NCBI GenBank assembly: GCA_026129095.1
Contig: JAHCIT010000005.1
Span: 248,001 to 312,000, forward strand
Length of the DNA: 64,000 nucleotides
Direction of reading: 5' to 3'
Source: Deltaproteobacteria bacterium
Lineage (GTDB): Bacteria; JAGRBM01; JAHCIT01
Shown: one piece after another, positions 39,639-49,781 of the stretch
How the letters are laid out: the number at the start of each line of letters is the position of its first letter
Numbering within the stretch: position 1 is the first letter of the stretch
The notes under the pieces: generated by a model
Seen by the model: the letters and a program-made list of their open reading frames with translations, nothing else
Database searches by the model: none
What the model was told of the DNA's origin: nothing
Program-made: the position numbers and the translations under genes

Positions 39639-40331
39639 ATGCCCGAACTCACGGTTATCATTCCCTGCTACAATGAGCGCGAGACGATCCGCGAGATCGT
39701 CTCGCGGGTGCTCGCCACGGGCTATGATCTTGAAATCGTCATCGTCGACGACGGTTCGACTGATGGCACCCGCGACCTGCTGTCTTCCCTGGAGAGTCCG
39801 AAGGTCCGCGTGGTGCTCCAGCCGCACAACATGGGAAAAGGGGCCGCCCTCCGGCGCGGCATAGAGGAGGCCAAGGGCAAATTCGTGATCATTCAGGACG
39901 CAGATCTCGAATACGACCCGGCCGACTACAGCCGCCTGCTGGAACCCATGCGTACGGGACAGTACGACGCCATCTACGGGAGCCGGTACGCCGATGGCTG
40001 GCGCGGCAAGTCGCCTTTCTGGCACTTCTTCGTGAACTGGACACTCACGACGATCGGCAATCTGGTCTTCGACCTTGATCTCACCGACATGGAATCCTGC
40101 TACAAGTGCTTCCGGCGGGATCTCATCCAGGATGTCCCCCTCAAGTCCAACCGGTTCGGTTTTGAGCCGGAAGTCACGGCCAAGCTCGCCCGGCGCGGGG
40201 CACGACTTGCCGAAGTGCCTATCAGCTATGACCGGCGGGGTTTTGACGAGGGCAAGAAGATTGGCTGGAAGGACGGCTTCGCCGCCCTCTGGCACATTGT
40301 GCACTTCGGCTGGCTGTCGCGGGAATACTAG
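39639..40331 (+). CDS. Glycosyltransferase family 2 (DPM1-like)
   Basis: [32 protein letters not shown]. Confidence 0.93.
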   Translation: MPELTVIIPCYNERETIREIVSRVLATGYDLEIVIVDDGSTDGTRDLLSSLESPKVRVVLQPHNMGKGAALRRGIEEAKGKFVIIQDADLEYDPADYSRLLEPMRTGQYDAIYGSRYADGWRGKSPFWHFFVNWTLTTIGNLVFDLDLTDMESCYKCFRRDLIQDVPLKSNRFGFEPEVTAKLARRGARLAEVPISYDRRGFDEGKKIGWKDGFAALWHIVHFGWLSREY

Positions 40332-40404
40332 GAAAACTACTTGAAGACGACAGTATCACCCGGCGCCAGACACTGTCAGTGATCCGGGCTGCGTGATTTG
40401 GGCG

Positions 40405-41040
40405 TCAGTACTTCACAGAACAGCCATAGGCCTGGGTCGAGGCCGTGGCCACCGGCTTTCCTGCCATTGCCTCATCAAGGGCCTGCGAGACGTAGTTGAC
40501 CGACTTCGGAATGTCCTTCTGGTCGGTAGAACGCTTGCTGTCGATGGCCCCGGCATAGATGAGATCCCCCTTGGGATCGATGACAAACATATGCGGTGTC
40601 GTCTTGGCATCATAAGCCCGGCCGATCTTCCCCTCCGGGTCCAGTATCACGGCTGTGGGGGACGCGTTGTGTTTCTTCACGTCGGCATTGGCTTCTTCTG
40701 GTGTCGAATAGCCCTGTTTTCCAGGTGCGGATGAAATGACGCTCAGCCAGATGGTTTCCTTTTCCGTGTATTTTTTCTGCAAGCCCTGCATGTTGCCGCT
40801 GTCATAGTGCTTGGCCACATATGGACAGCCATGGTTCAGCCACTCGAGCACTACATATTTTCCCCGGTAATCGGACAGGTTGTAATCCTTTCCATCACTG
40901 CCCTTCCCGGTAAACGACGGGGCAGGTTTGCCGATCTCAAGCGCCGATGCCCTGCTGCTCATCAGCACACTGATACCGGCGCCCATCGCCACCAGCGTCA
41001 TCACTGCCGCTATTCCCTGTATCCACGTTTTCTTCTTCAT
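40405..41040 (-). CDS. Exported thioredoxin/AhpC-TSA family protein
   Basis: Signal peptide, VLEWLNHGCPYV, AKTTPH, YGCSVKY. Confidence 0.9.
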   Translation of the reverse strand: MKKKTWIQGIAAVMTLVAMGAGISVLMSSRASALEIGKPAPSFTGKGSDGKDYNLSDYRGKYVVLEWLNHGCPYVAKHYDSGNMQGLQKKYTEKETIWLSVISSAPGKQGYSTPEEANADVKKHNASPTAVILDPEGKIGRAYDAKTTPHMFVIDPKGDLIYAGAIDSKRSTDQKDIPKSVNYVSQALDEAMAGKPVATASTQAYGCSVKY

Positions 41041-41120
41041 GGTGTCCAACCTCGCTGAAAGTCCAGTTGCGGATTTCCTACCACGGTCCGGCCGGAATGT
41101 CCCCCGTGCTGCCTCCCCGC

Positions 41121-43214
41121 TCACCGGGGAGATTGAACGGCGTTAATCACGATGGAAGCCGTAAGGACCGGCGGCAGGAGCTCGACCCGGCCGGAAATAC
41201 CTTCCGGATACCAGGCATAGGTGGGCACGCTGTTGCGGCCGAGCCGGGCGAGACTCCCCGCGATCACACTGTCTTTCTGCGTCCAGTCGGCCTTCAAAAC
41301 GGTGGCTTCCGCGACACCAAATGCAGCCCGCACATCATCACGGGAGAAAACCGTCCGCTCGTTCACCTGGCAGGTGATGCACCAGGCGGCGGTATAGTTG
41401 ACGAAGAGGGGTTTTCCCGAAACAGCTAGCTCTGCCTCCGGCGACCAGGGTTTCCAGAACGCATCCGCCGATGGGGCGCCGCTGACCGCTACCGCAGGCG
41501 GCCGGGCGGTTGCGGCAAGTCCAATCGCCCCGGCAAGGAAAGCCATCGCTGCCACTACGGGCAACGGGCGTAACTGGAACTGCGTCCGCCCCCAGAGCCA
41601 TCCGGCAATGGCGAGCAGCCATAGCGCCCATAGCAACCGGACTGCATTGTCCACTCCGGACAGATGGCCGTAGACCCACAGCAGCCAGATGCCAGTTCCA
41701 TAGAGCGGGAACGCCATCACGCGCCGGAAGGTGTCAAGCCACGGACCGGGGCGCGGGAGTTTTTCCAGCCAGGCGGGAAACTCCGACAACACGACATAGG
41801 GCGTGGCCATTCCGGCTCCCAGTCCCGCGAATACAGCCACCGCAGAAACAGCGGGCTGCGTCAGGGCAAAGCCCAGCGCCGGTCCCATGAACGGTGCCGT
41901 GCAGGGTGTGGCGACGACCGTCGCCAGAACGCCGGTAAGAAACGACCCGCCATAACCTCCGCCGGCCGAACTGCCCAGGCGCGTGAACGAAAGACCGATT
42001 TCGTACAAACCGGACAGGCTCAGCGCCAGTGCGAACAGCAGCATGACCAGTGCGGCGACAAAGCCGGGCGACTGCAACTGGAAGCCCCAGCCAAGCTGCT
42101 CGCCTCCCGCCCGGAGCAGCAGTAGCGCAGCGGCCAGCACGGCAAAGGCCGCCATGACACCCGAAGCGAACACCCATCCATGCCGCCGGACACGGGCCGG
42201 ATCGGAATCCGCCTGCTCGACAAAACCCAGTATTTTCAGTGTCAGCACCGGGAAAACGCACGGCATGAGGTTCAGAAGCAGGCCGCCCATGAAGGCAAAA
42301 AGAATGGCGAGCAGGAGACCTGGACCTGCCCGGTCCATGCCCCCGGATCGCACTGCCTCGAATGAGAATGCCTTCCGGGTTCCGTCTGGCAGTTTCCCGG
42401 CGAGCAGTCCGGGCAGAACCGTTACCGGTGACGGATGCATCGCTTCCTTCGGCACGGAAACCCGCACGACCTCGTTGGCGGCTTCGACCTTCTGCGGGGC
42501 AGCGTTCACGAGGATGCCTTCGGTTTCGGGAAAGAGCCGGAGTGTTCCCGGATCGACCCCGCCCAGCACGTTACGCCGGACCACAACAGTGACCATGCCG
42601 CTCCGGTCTTCCACCACTGCGGCGCCCGCCGGTAGCGAATGAGGCCGGGTGGCGCGGGCTGCCTCGAAGAGCGGTCCGTGCGGACCGGGCCGGGGAGCGG
42701 TTTCCACGGGGATCACAAGTTCGAGCCGTGCCGAGCCAGGAATACAGTCCTCGCGGCACACGAGCCATTTGGCTTCCGTCACAAGGCGAACCGTCTCACC
42801 GGGGACCGCGGAGCTGTCCAAGGCAAATTCGACCGGGAAGACCACTTCTCCCTCGTAGCCATAGTTCAGCAGTGGCCCGACCGGAATCCGCTCCGGCGCG
42901 GGCCAGTGAAGCGCGCCGGCCGTCACCTCCGGTGGCAACTCCCACTCAAAGCGTGGCGCCTCGCCCGAATCGCCGGGGTTCTTCCAGTAAACGTGCCATT
43001 CGGGATCGAGCGTGAACTTCACCCCGGCTTCAAACTGGCTGCCGGGAGAGAGGGCAGCGGAGTCGGCCACCAGTTCCACTGTCACATGATCGCGCCGGAC
43101 TGGTCCTGAAACCCCGGCAGGCACTGCCGATTCGCCGGCATGGGACGATATCGCTGACAGCAGCCAGAGAAATAACCCGAACGCCGGCACCCGGCCCTGG
43201 AGGGCAAAATTCAC
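41121..43214 (-). CDS. dsbD: Thiol:disulfide interchange protein DsbD family
   Basis: WHVYWKNPGDSG, LMPCVFPVL, ATPCTAPFM, AWCITC. Confidence 0.92.
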   Translation of the reverse strand: MNFALQGRVPAFGLFLWLLSAISSHAGESAVPAGVSGPVRRDHVTVELVADSAALSPGSQFEAGVKFTLDPEWHVYWKNPGDSGEAPRFEWELPPEVTAGALHWPAPERIPVGPLLNYGYEGEVVFPVEFALDSSAVPGETVRLVTEAKWLVCREDCIPGSARLELVIPVETAPRPGPHGPLFEAARATRPHSLPAGAAVVEDRSGMVTVVVRRNVLGGVDPGTLRLFPETEGILVNAAPQKVEAANEVVRVSVPKEAMHPSPVTVLPGLLAGKLPDGTRKAFSFEAVRSGGMDRAGPGLLLAILFAFMGGLLLNLMPCVFPVLTLKILGFVEQADSDPARVRRHGWVFASGVMAAFAVLAAALLLLRAGGEQLGWGFQLQSPGFVAALVMLLFALALSLSGLYEIGLSFTRLGSSAGGGYGGSFLTGVLATVVATPCTAPFMGPALGFALTQPAVSAVAVFAGLGAGMATPYVVLSEFPAWLEKLPRPGPWLDTFRRVMAFPLYGTGIWLLWVYGHLSGVDNAVRLLWALWLLAIAGWLWGRTQFQLRPLPVVAAMAFLAGAIGLAATARPPAVAVSGAPSADAFWKPWSPEAELAVSGKPLFVNYTAAWCITCQVNERTVFSRDDVRAAFGVAEATVLKADWTQKDSVIAGSLARLGRNSVPTYAWYPEGISGRVELLPPVLTASIVINAVQSPR

Positions 43215-43328
43215 GGCGCCACTTTAGGCGATCCTGCTGCCATGGGCATTACCAATCCATTCACCCATATTACGGCACCTGCCATTCTGGATGCTGCCAT
43301 GCCGGTATGTGAAGCAGTATCAGGCCGG

Positions 43329-44708
43329 TTATTCCCTGAGCACAGCCCCGGAGATCCTGCGCCAGACGGGCAGCAGGTGCCGGTTCCGGTAGTCCGGATA
43401 TTGTGAATAGACCGCCGGTGCTGCCACCATTTGGAGGAGTCGCGGCACGACCAGCCGGATGAGTGCAGGGTGCCGTGCGAAGGCGGCGGCTTTCGCCGGG
43501 AGCGACACAAGCGGCGGCGTCTCCAGTCTCTGGACAAAACCGGGCCACGCCATGGTCTCGTCGAAGATTCCGCTCGCGAACATCTCCCCGACGCCTTCCG
43601 TGCCGATGTCGCTGCTCATGCGCCGCATTGCCTCGTAAGCGGCGATCACGGCGCCGAATTCGCGCTGGAACCGGCACTGGTAGTCCCAGAGCTGCTCGTC
43701 GCCGCCCGGATCCTTCGCCTGCGTGACCGAGTCGGCCAGCATCCGTCCGGCGATCAGCCCGTAGCCGATGCCGCTCCCGTGAGCCGGGAACACCTGGCAG
43801 GCGGCGTCTCCGACGAGAGCGACGCCTCCGGCGGCCAGCCTGTCGCAGGTCCGGCGAAGTGGAATGAGCGCGCCGCCGCCGAAAACCGGTTCGCCGATCC
43901 ACGGGTGCTCCCGCCGCACACGGGCCATGATCTCCGGCCCTTTCGCCCAGGGGCCCTCAGCCATCGAACCGGTCAGCACGGCGACTTCCTCGAGGTTCTT
44001 CTCGACGCGGATCATGAGCGCCGAGAACCCGCCATCGAGCCCCATCCAGTTCACGGCCTCGCCCGGCTGCGCGCCGTGGCGGTCCAGAAAGCGGCGCATC
44101 CCTTCCGGATCCTTCAGTTCGTAGACAAAATGGCTGGCCGAACACAGGTCCTTGGCCTCGACGTCCGGACATGAATCCCGCAGGGCGGGGATGTGGCGCC
44201 TGAGCACTCCGGACCGGCCGCTCGCATCCACGAACAGCTTGGCCCGGAACCGGAAGCCGCCGCTTCGGCCGTCCTCCGCAGACGCATTGACCGAGATTTC
44301 CCGCAGGCGGCCGTCCTCTATTACCGGCGCCAGATTCCGGCACTTCCCGAAAAGGACGGCGCCGCTCGCACGGGCGTCCCGCTGCAGCCGTTCCGTGAGC
44401 AGGCGCATGTCCACTTCGATGATGGGGTTATCCGGAAAACGGAGGGTCGTTCCGTCGGGGCCGGTCATGTGAACCGGGTCGCCAGCAGCCCGCAGCTCGG
44501 GTTCCCTGGGAAACGGCACTCCCGCCCGTTCGAACTGCCACCGGAGCACGCCGTTGCACCAGCGGGCGCCGGTCTTGTCCATCGTCCGGCTGTCCAGCAG
44601 CGCTACCGACAGGCCTGCTCCAGCAAGTGCACGGGCGGCGCCGCTTCCGGCGGTTCCGGCTCCGACCACAACGGCGTCCTTTTCGACCAGTTCCGGCTGG
44701 ACAGGCAT
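43329..44708 (-). CDS. FAD-dependent oxidoreductase (geranylgeranyl reductase-like)
   Basis: VVGAGTAG, VDASG, LVGDAA...HGSGI. Confidence 0.85.
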   Translation of the reverse strand: MPVQPELVEKDAVVVGAGTAGSGAARALAGAGLSVALLDSRTMDKTGARWCNGVLRWQFERAGVPFPREPELRAAGDPVHMTGPDGTTLRFPDNPIIEVDMRLLTERLQRDARASGAVLFGKCRNLAPVIEDGRLREISVNASAEDGRSGGFRFRAKLFVDASGRSGVLRRHIPALRDSCPDVEAKDLCSASHFVYELKDPEGMRRFLDRHGAQPGEAVNWMGLDGGFSALMIRVEKNLEEVAVLTGSMAEGPWAKGPEIMARVRREHPWIGEPVFGGGALIPLRRTCDRLAAGGVALVGDAACQVFPAHGSGIGYGLIAGRMLADSVTQAKDPGGDEQLWDYQCRFQREFGAVIAAYEAMRRMSSDIGTEGVGEMFASGIFDETMAWPGFVQRLETPPLVSLPAKAAAFARHPALIRLVVPRLLQMVAAPAVYSQYPDYRNRHLLPVWRRISGAVLRE

Positions 44709-44747
44709 ATGCGGCCGCGATTGTGGCACATGACGGCACATATGTGA

Positions 44748-45750
44748 TGGTTTCGCAGCCGTGATGGAACGGTTTTCCTAGATGCTGGACATGGGGCCAT
44801 TACGCATTTCGGCCAGTCATACGAACGTGATAAACTGGGCCGTATCGTGAGGAAAACAGAAACCACGAATGGCGTTGTGCGGGAGTATGCCTACACCTAC
44901 GACCCCCAGGCGGGCCGGTTCATCTCGGCCGACCCCCGGCAGCTCGAACCCGCGCCGCTCCAGGCGATGCGGATGGCGGAGTGGGACTACCAGAGCGGCA
45001 GCGCCAGCGCCGGTTCCATGTCGGAAGAACGGCTCGCTGACTGGCGGGGGCGGACGTTCGAGCCGCAGGACCTCAACCGCTTCAGCTACGTGCTCAACAA
45101 CCCGCTGAACCGGGTGGATGTGGACGGGTACGGGTTCTGGAGAAAATTTTTCAAAGTTGTGTTAGCGGTAGTGGTAATCGCTGCTACTTCAGCATTGGCA
45201 GGACTTGTATTCGCAGCTATTGGTGGCACCAATCTGGGTGTTGCGGCCGGAGTTGGTGGGTTTACCGGCGGGTCATTGGGCCTGGCCCGGTCCGCCCATC
45301 GAAATGTAGATGACTTGGAAGGGATGTTAGTGGGTTCCATGATTGGAACCGGAATAGGCATTCTAACCGGAATTCTCACGTATCTTGGCGGAGCATGATA
45401 TTCGGGGAAAACCTCACTGAAGTTTCTGAATTTCTTAAGACAGTGCCCGAAATGGCAAGGAGGCTTAGAGGGACTCCAAACCCAGCCGTGGACAGGCGGC
45501 GGCCGGTGGAGAAGTCGCCTATTCGCTTGCCAGGAAGATATCAGACCCGCACTAAACTTTATCTTCCAAGACGGCCTTACGGGCAGAGGAATCTCGTTCA
45601 GCAGTATTTACTGGCGGCATTGTTACCGGCGGGTATTTTGCGGCGAAAAAGGATCGATCAGCTCGTGGATTACCTAAAGAACAGAAGGAACTGCATTTCT
45701 AGGATATCCACGGGAATCTTCGATGTCACATCGCTCGCCCCCATATAACT
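44748..45750 (+). pseudogene. Degenerate orphan RHS fragment: one YD repeat fused to the core, followed by an interrupted tip
   Basis: YERDKLGRIVRKTETTNGVVREYAYTYD joined to PQAGRFISADP...NNPLNRVDVDG; stop at 45398; broken frames afterwards. Confidence 0.75.
44898..45141 (+). repeat. Dispersed inverted repeat, arm A copy 2 (RHS core)
   Basis: Homologous to 1698-1942 on the minus strand; last 61 bp identical. Confidence 0.9.
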
Positions 45751-45939
45751 AAAAGCCAGTGATATGAAGTGTCCATCAGCAATAACAGAATTGCTCCCTT
45801 GGTCCTGATCAGTTTGGCATTGGCAGTCTCCTGCCCAGTTGCATGCCGGGCCCAGCCCTGGAACCTATCGACGATGGTGCTTGATCCGGCGGGCAGCTTC
45901 TTCTTTCGGAAAGGATGAAATACCCCAATTCCTTCCGAT

Positions 45940-46510
45940 TTCTGGATTGACCATGAGGTAACGGTCAGCGAATACTATCAGTGTCCGTGGGCGTTCGGTA
46001 CTCCGCCTGAACCCGTTTTGATTGGATTGTACGCTGCAGCTGAACCATCCGTTCTTCTTCGGAAGCCTGGTGAGCCCCGCCCGGCCGCGAGCCGTCCGCA
46101 ACTGCGTAACGGGACCAGCCAGTATCTACCGCCAGTGGGCAGCGTTGGCTGCCGACAGAAAGGGAATGGGAGAAGGCTGCACGGGGCGATGACCGGCGGA
46201 TGCCCCCCGGGCGACGCCGCCGTCCAGGACGCGGTGATGAGGAAAACAATGTCTGGTTGTGGCGCAAAACGACATGATGTTTTTGCTCAAAGCCGGATGG
46301 AAACCGCCGCATGGCCTGTGCGACATGTCCGGCAATGTGTGGGAGCGGTGGTTGACTGGGCAGAGATTCGGGAAGATCGGAGGCAATAAAATTATCAAAG
46401 GTGGGACGTATCGTTGCGATCAGGATTCAAAGACATTGAAACTGACATACCAGGGTGGGGGAAGAAACGAGTTCGCCGTAGATGTTGTCGGCTTTCGATG
46501 TGCGAAATAG
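45940..46510 (+). pseudogene. Frameshifted FGE-sulfatase (SUMF1/C-type lectin fold) domain gene
   Basis: Signature pieces spread over different frames: FWIDHEVTVSEY, LPTEREWEKAARG (~46149-46187), GLCDMSGNVWE...IIKGG...VGFRCAK*. Confidence 0.8.
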
Positions 46511-46514
46511 CGAG

Positions 46515-46662
46515 TGCCATCCCCATCACCACCCCCGCGTGGGTGAGTATCCGGTCGAAGGTGGCTTGGGGCCTGCATGTCGCCGTACCAGGGCGAGACG
46601 AGAAACATCAGGTAAACCGCCGCGAGATAAATCCAGACGGAAGCGAGCAGCAGCCGGCGGGG
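46515..46662 (-). repeat. Dispersed inverted repeat, arm B copy 2 (membrane-gene fragment, frameshifted)
   Basis: Reverse complement aligns with 460-606. Confidence 0.9.
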
Positions 46663-46978
46663 TACGTCACCTGTAATGTCATATGAAGACTGGCGGGCAG
46701 CGGGGGACGCTTATCGAACGAAATATCTGAATCCGCTGTTCGTTCCGGGGGATCAGGAACGGCTGGTCGCGGATCTGCTCTCGGCATAGACATTTAAAAC
46801 CGCCCCAAGCAATGTGGTTTCAGAAATGCCTATTCCTGATGCTCTCCCCGATCGATGCCATTATTCGGGAAAATATGACCTCCGTGGGTCTAGCGGTTGG
46901 GAAACTATTAGAATTGGCACGTTATTTCTGATTGGGGGTTTTGGCATTTTGGAAGTATTCCATGGACCGGTCTCATCG

Positions 46979-47527
46979 ATGAAAGCACTACTTCCCTCTC
47001 TCTTCCTTCTTTTCCTTGGGTCCGCCCTGTCCGCCTCGGCAGAACCTGATTGTGCGGCTCTGAGCGGTGACGAGGCGGTGCTTCCGGGGGAGTTTCTTCC
47101 GTCGAGTTGGAAATCCGAGAAGCTTCCGGACAAGGGAGATATAGGCCGGTCATTGGAAGAACTCGATTACGGCGATGAACTGCCGGTTTCCCTTGGCATG
47201 GATCTGAACAATGACGGCAAGGAAGAGCTGTTTCTGACCAGTCCGGGTGGACGATCGTGCGGGAATGCCGGTTGTCCGTATATTCTTCTCGAAAACGGCT
47301 CGATGAAACTGATCGGGAAGTTCTTTGGCCATCTGGCTGTGCTGGATGAGCGTGTCAATAAGTACCGGATCATCCAGTCGTTCAGCCGTCTAAGAGTAGA
47401 GGCGACGAACCTGGATACCTGGGTATTTGACGGAAAAGAGTTCAGGCAAGTTTCGCACGCGATCCTAGACCCGTGCGGATTCGAACAATGGGGCCGTCGA
47501 ATCCGCAAAGCGGCTTCAGGCAAATAG
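46979..47527 (+). CDS. Hypothetical exported protein
   Basis: Signal peptide MKALLPSLFLLFLGSALSA; DLNNDGKEE loop; CGNAGC. Confidence 0.65.
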   Translation: MKALLPSLFLLFLGSALSASAEPDCAALSGDEAVLPGEFLPSSWKSEKLPDKGDIGRSLEELDYGDELPVSLGMDLNNDGKEELFLTSPGGRSCGNAGCPYILLENGSMKLIGKFFGHLAVLDERVNKYRIIQSFSRLRVEATNLDTWVFDGKEFRQVSHAILDPCGFEQWGRRIRKAASGK

Positions 47528-47555
47528 GGATAGTATTAATGCGGGTATGACGTGC

Positions 47556-48929
47556 TTACCGTAGCGCCGCGATTACGTGGCTTAAGAATTTTGATACGCT
47601 TTCGATTTCCCCGTTTCGTCCGTGTGATGCGCCCATCCGGACTATCACGAGATCGCATTCGGGGATAACAATCAGATACTGGCCGAGCATCCCCTTCGCA
47701 TAAAAGGAACCCCTCGGTGCCTTAGGGATGCTCCACGGAACCGTCGTAAACGGGATATCGCCATCCAATCCGTTGATCCAAAATCCTGCGCCGTAACCGG
47801 TACCGAGTGTCGGACGAGTTGAATACTCAACCCACCCTTCCGGCAGTATTCGCTGTCCGGATACGACACCGTCATGGAGGTACAGCAGGCCGAATTTCGC
47901 CCAGTCCCGGGCTGAAGCCAGTAAGTAAGTTGATCCTACCGGTGTCCCGGCCGCGTCGCTTTCCAATACTGCGGTCTTCATCCCGAGTGGACTGAAAAGC
48001 TCCTGTTGAGCAAAGGCGGCCAGATCGCCGCCGGCTCTGTCCTTCAGAATCCCGGACAGGATCAACGTGTTACCGCTCGTGTAGCTCCAGGATTTTCCGG
48101 GTTCGCAGTCCAGCGGCGCACTTCTCGCATACGCCGCCATATCCGGTTCCAGGTACATCATCCGCGCAACCGGGGAATAGGGGCTCCCGGACTCTCCAAG
48201 GTCCAGACCGCTGGTCATTCGCATCAGGTGATCGACTGTTATCCGGCTTCGTTCGTCTCCGGACCATTCCCTCAGCTGCGTCACAGCGTTCACGTCCAGT
48301 CTGCCCTGCCGGACCAGAATACCCGCAAGTGCGTTCATCACCGACTTCGCCATCGAATAACCGAGCAGCGGTGTATTGGTCTGGATGCCGGACGCATATT
48401 TCTCCGCGACGACACGGCCGTGGTGAATCACGACGATAGCCCTAGTCATTCGCGGTTCGCCGCTGGCCGGCTCTTCGAAAGCTTCATCCATAGCGGCTGA
48501 GAGCCGCGCACTTATTGGAGTGACCGGTTCGATCCCATCGGCGATGTCCGGAAGAACAGTCCCGAATTCACCACCGTGAATCTCTATCGCATATCGCTCA
48601 GGTAAATTGCCGTTATCCGGTAGGAGCAGGCAGCCGCGACCTTTCCGATAAGCTGCCCGTCGTTTGAAACCGCCGAAAATGGTGGCTGAGGTTTCCTGAT
48701 TGATACGGTCCACGGAAAAACCGGTCGCCCAGGAGATGAAGCCGAATCCCGGTCGTGGTTTCACGCTCTCAATATAGGATCTTTGAGGCTCCAGACCTGT
48801 AACAAACGTCTCTGAGCAGACGTTGTGACTGACAAGCCCGGACGCAACCCGAAAGGGCTGGGAAACCGAGCAACCAGAAAGCAGGACAGCGCCGGGCACG
48901 GATAACCATAGGGCCAAGTGTCGGGTCAT
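47556..48929 (-). CDS. Serine hydrolase, beta-lactamase class C-like lipoprotein
   Basis: LSGC lipobox, SMAK, LMRMTSG, YTSG, ARDWAKFG. Confidence 0.9.
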   Translation of the reverse strand: MTRHLALWLSVPGAVLLSGCSVSQPFRVASGLVSHNVCSETFVTGLEPQRSYIESVKPRPGFGFISWATGFSVDRINQETSATIFGGFKRRAAYRKGRGCLLLPDNGNLPERYAIEIHGGEFGTVLPDIADGIEPVTPISARLSAAMDEAFEEPASGEPRMTRAIVVIHHGRVVAEKYASGIQTNTPLLGYSMAKSVMNALAGILVRQGRLDVNAVTQLREWSGDERSRITVDHLMRMTSGLDLGESGSPYSPVARMMYLEPDMAAYARSAPLDCEPGKSWSYTSGNTLILSGILKDRAGGDLAAFAQQELFSPLGMKTAVLESDAAGTPVGSTYLLASARDWAKFGLLYLHDGVVSGQRILPEGWVEYSTRPTLGTGYGAGFWINGLDGDIPFTTVPWSIPKAPRGSFYAKGMLGQYLIVIPECDLVIVRMGASHGRNGEIESVSKFLSHVIAALR

Positions 48930-49351
48930 GACTTCGACCTGCGTCTGCGGCCGAAATAGAGGCGGGCTGTCACGCGCGCTATCGGTGTCAGCACAACAAT
49001 TCCAGCCGCCTGAATGACCGGCACCAATATGATTGCGATGGGTCCCTGTGCATCGGGGTGGAAGAAGATGACATCCGCCAGCAGAATTAGCCCACCAAGG
49101 CTGGCCACCAGTGTCACTGTGAAGTTCGCTACTGACGTCAGGCGACTCCCTGAGAGGAAAGGTGTCAGGATCGCCATGAGTGCATGCGGGAACAGCAGCC
49201 AAAGCGAAAACAGGATGCCGGCCTTCAGTGAACTCGGAGATAAGACCCTGACCATTGCCAGCGTCAGGGCCGCAGACACAAGCAGAATGCTATAGGCAAA
49301 TTTCAGGATCTTTCGTACGTTAGTTGCCGAAGGTGCGCTTTCTCTCGCCAT
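48926..49351 (-). CDS. Four-TM hypothetical membrane protein
   Basis: Hydrophobic ORF with HPDAQG motif; overlaps the start of the hydrolase. Confidence 0.65.
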   Translation of the reverse strand: MARESAPSATNVRKILKFAYSILLVSAALTLAMVRVLSPSSLKAGILFSLWLLFPHALMAILTPFLSGSRLTSVANFTVTLVASLGGLILLADVIFFHPDAQGPIAIILVPVIQAAGIVVLTPIARVTARLYFGRRRRSKS

Positions 49352-49430
49352 TATATTCGTTGAATTCTAGACGGATCACGGCCGTAATGCAGATTTACAG
49401 CGAAATTGCCGCCTTCTGCTAGAATGAGAC

Positions 49431-49781
49431 ATGCACATCTCGAAGCCAGTGCGGCTATTCATTTGTTTTTTCACTGGTGCACTGTTTTTCCTGATGGCCG
49501 CTCTACCACTGGCAATACCGGTTGGGAGAGTCCTGCCGCCGCTGGCCGCCCCGCTGTTTTTTGGCGGACTGTTCGCCTGGTTTATCCCCGGCCTGCTTCT
49601 AAAATGGACGGGAGCCTTCACCTTCGTCGAATTCGGAGCGCGTCCCAATGGTATATGGGGATATCTGGCGGCGGTTACTTTCTGGGCGGCGGTCTCAGCG
49701 TTGATCGCCTGGTTGTCCGCGAGACCTAAACCTGTGCGATCTAAAACACATCTGCCGCCAACGTCGTACATCGATTCTTGA
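49431..49781 (+). CDS. Hypothetical membrane protein
   Basis: 116 aa, about three TM segments, overlaps the next ORF. Confidence 0.55.
   Translation: MHISKPVRLFICFFTGALFFLMAALPLAIPVGRVLPPLAAPLFFGGLFAWFIPGLLLKWTGAFTFVEFGARPNGIWGYLAAVTFWAAVSALIAWLSARPKPVRSKTHLPPTSYIDS

Noticed and set aside
45395-45748. 117 aa ORF as an intact immunity gene
   Set aside because: Gly/Ala-rich tip-like peptide continues in other frames; more likely part of the degraded RHS tip.
45940-46510. Diversity-generating retroelement target (FGE-type lectin fold)
   Set aside because: No reverse transcriptase and no template/variable repeat pair seen in the window; the gene is frameshifted.
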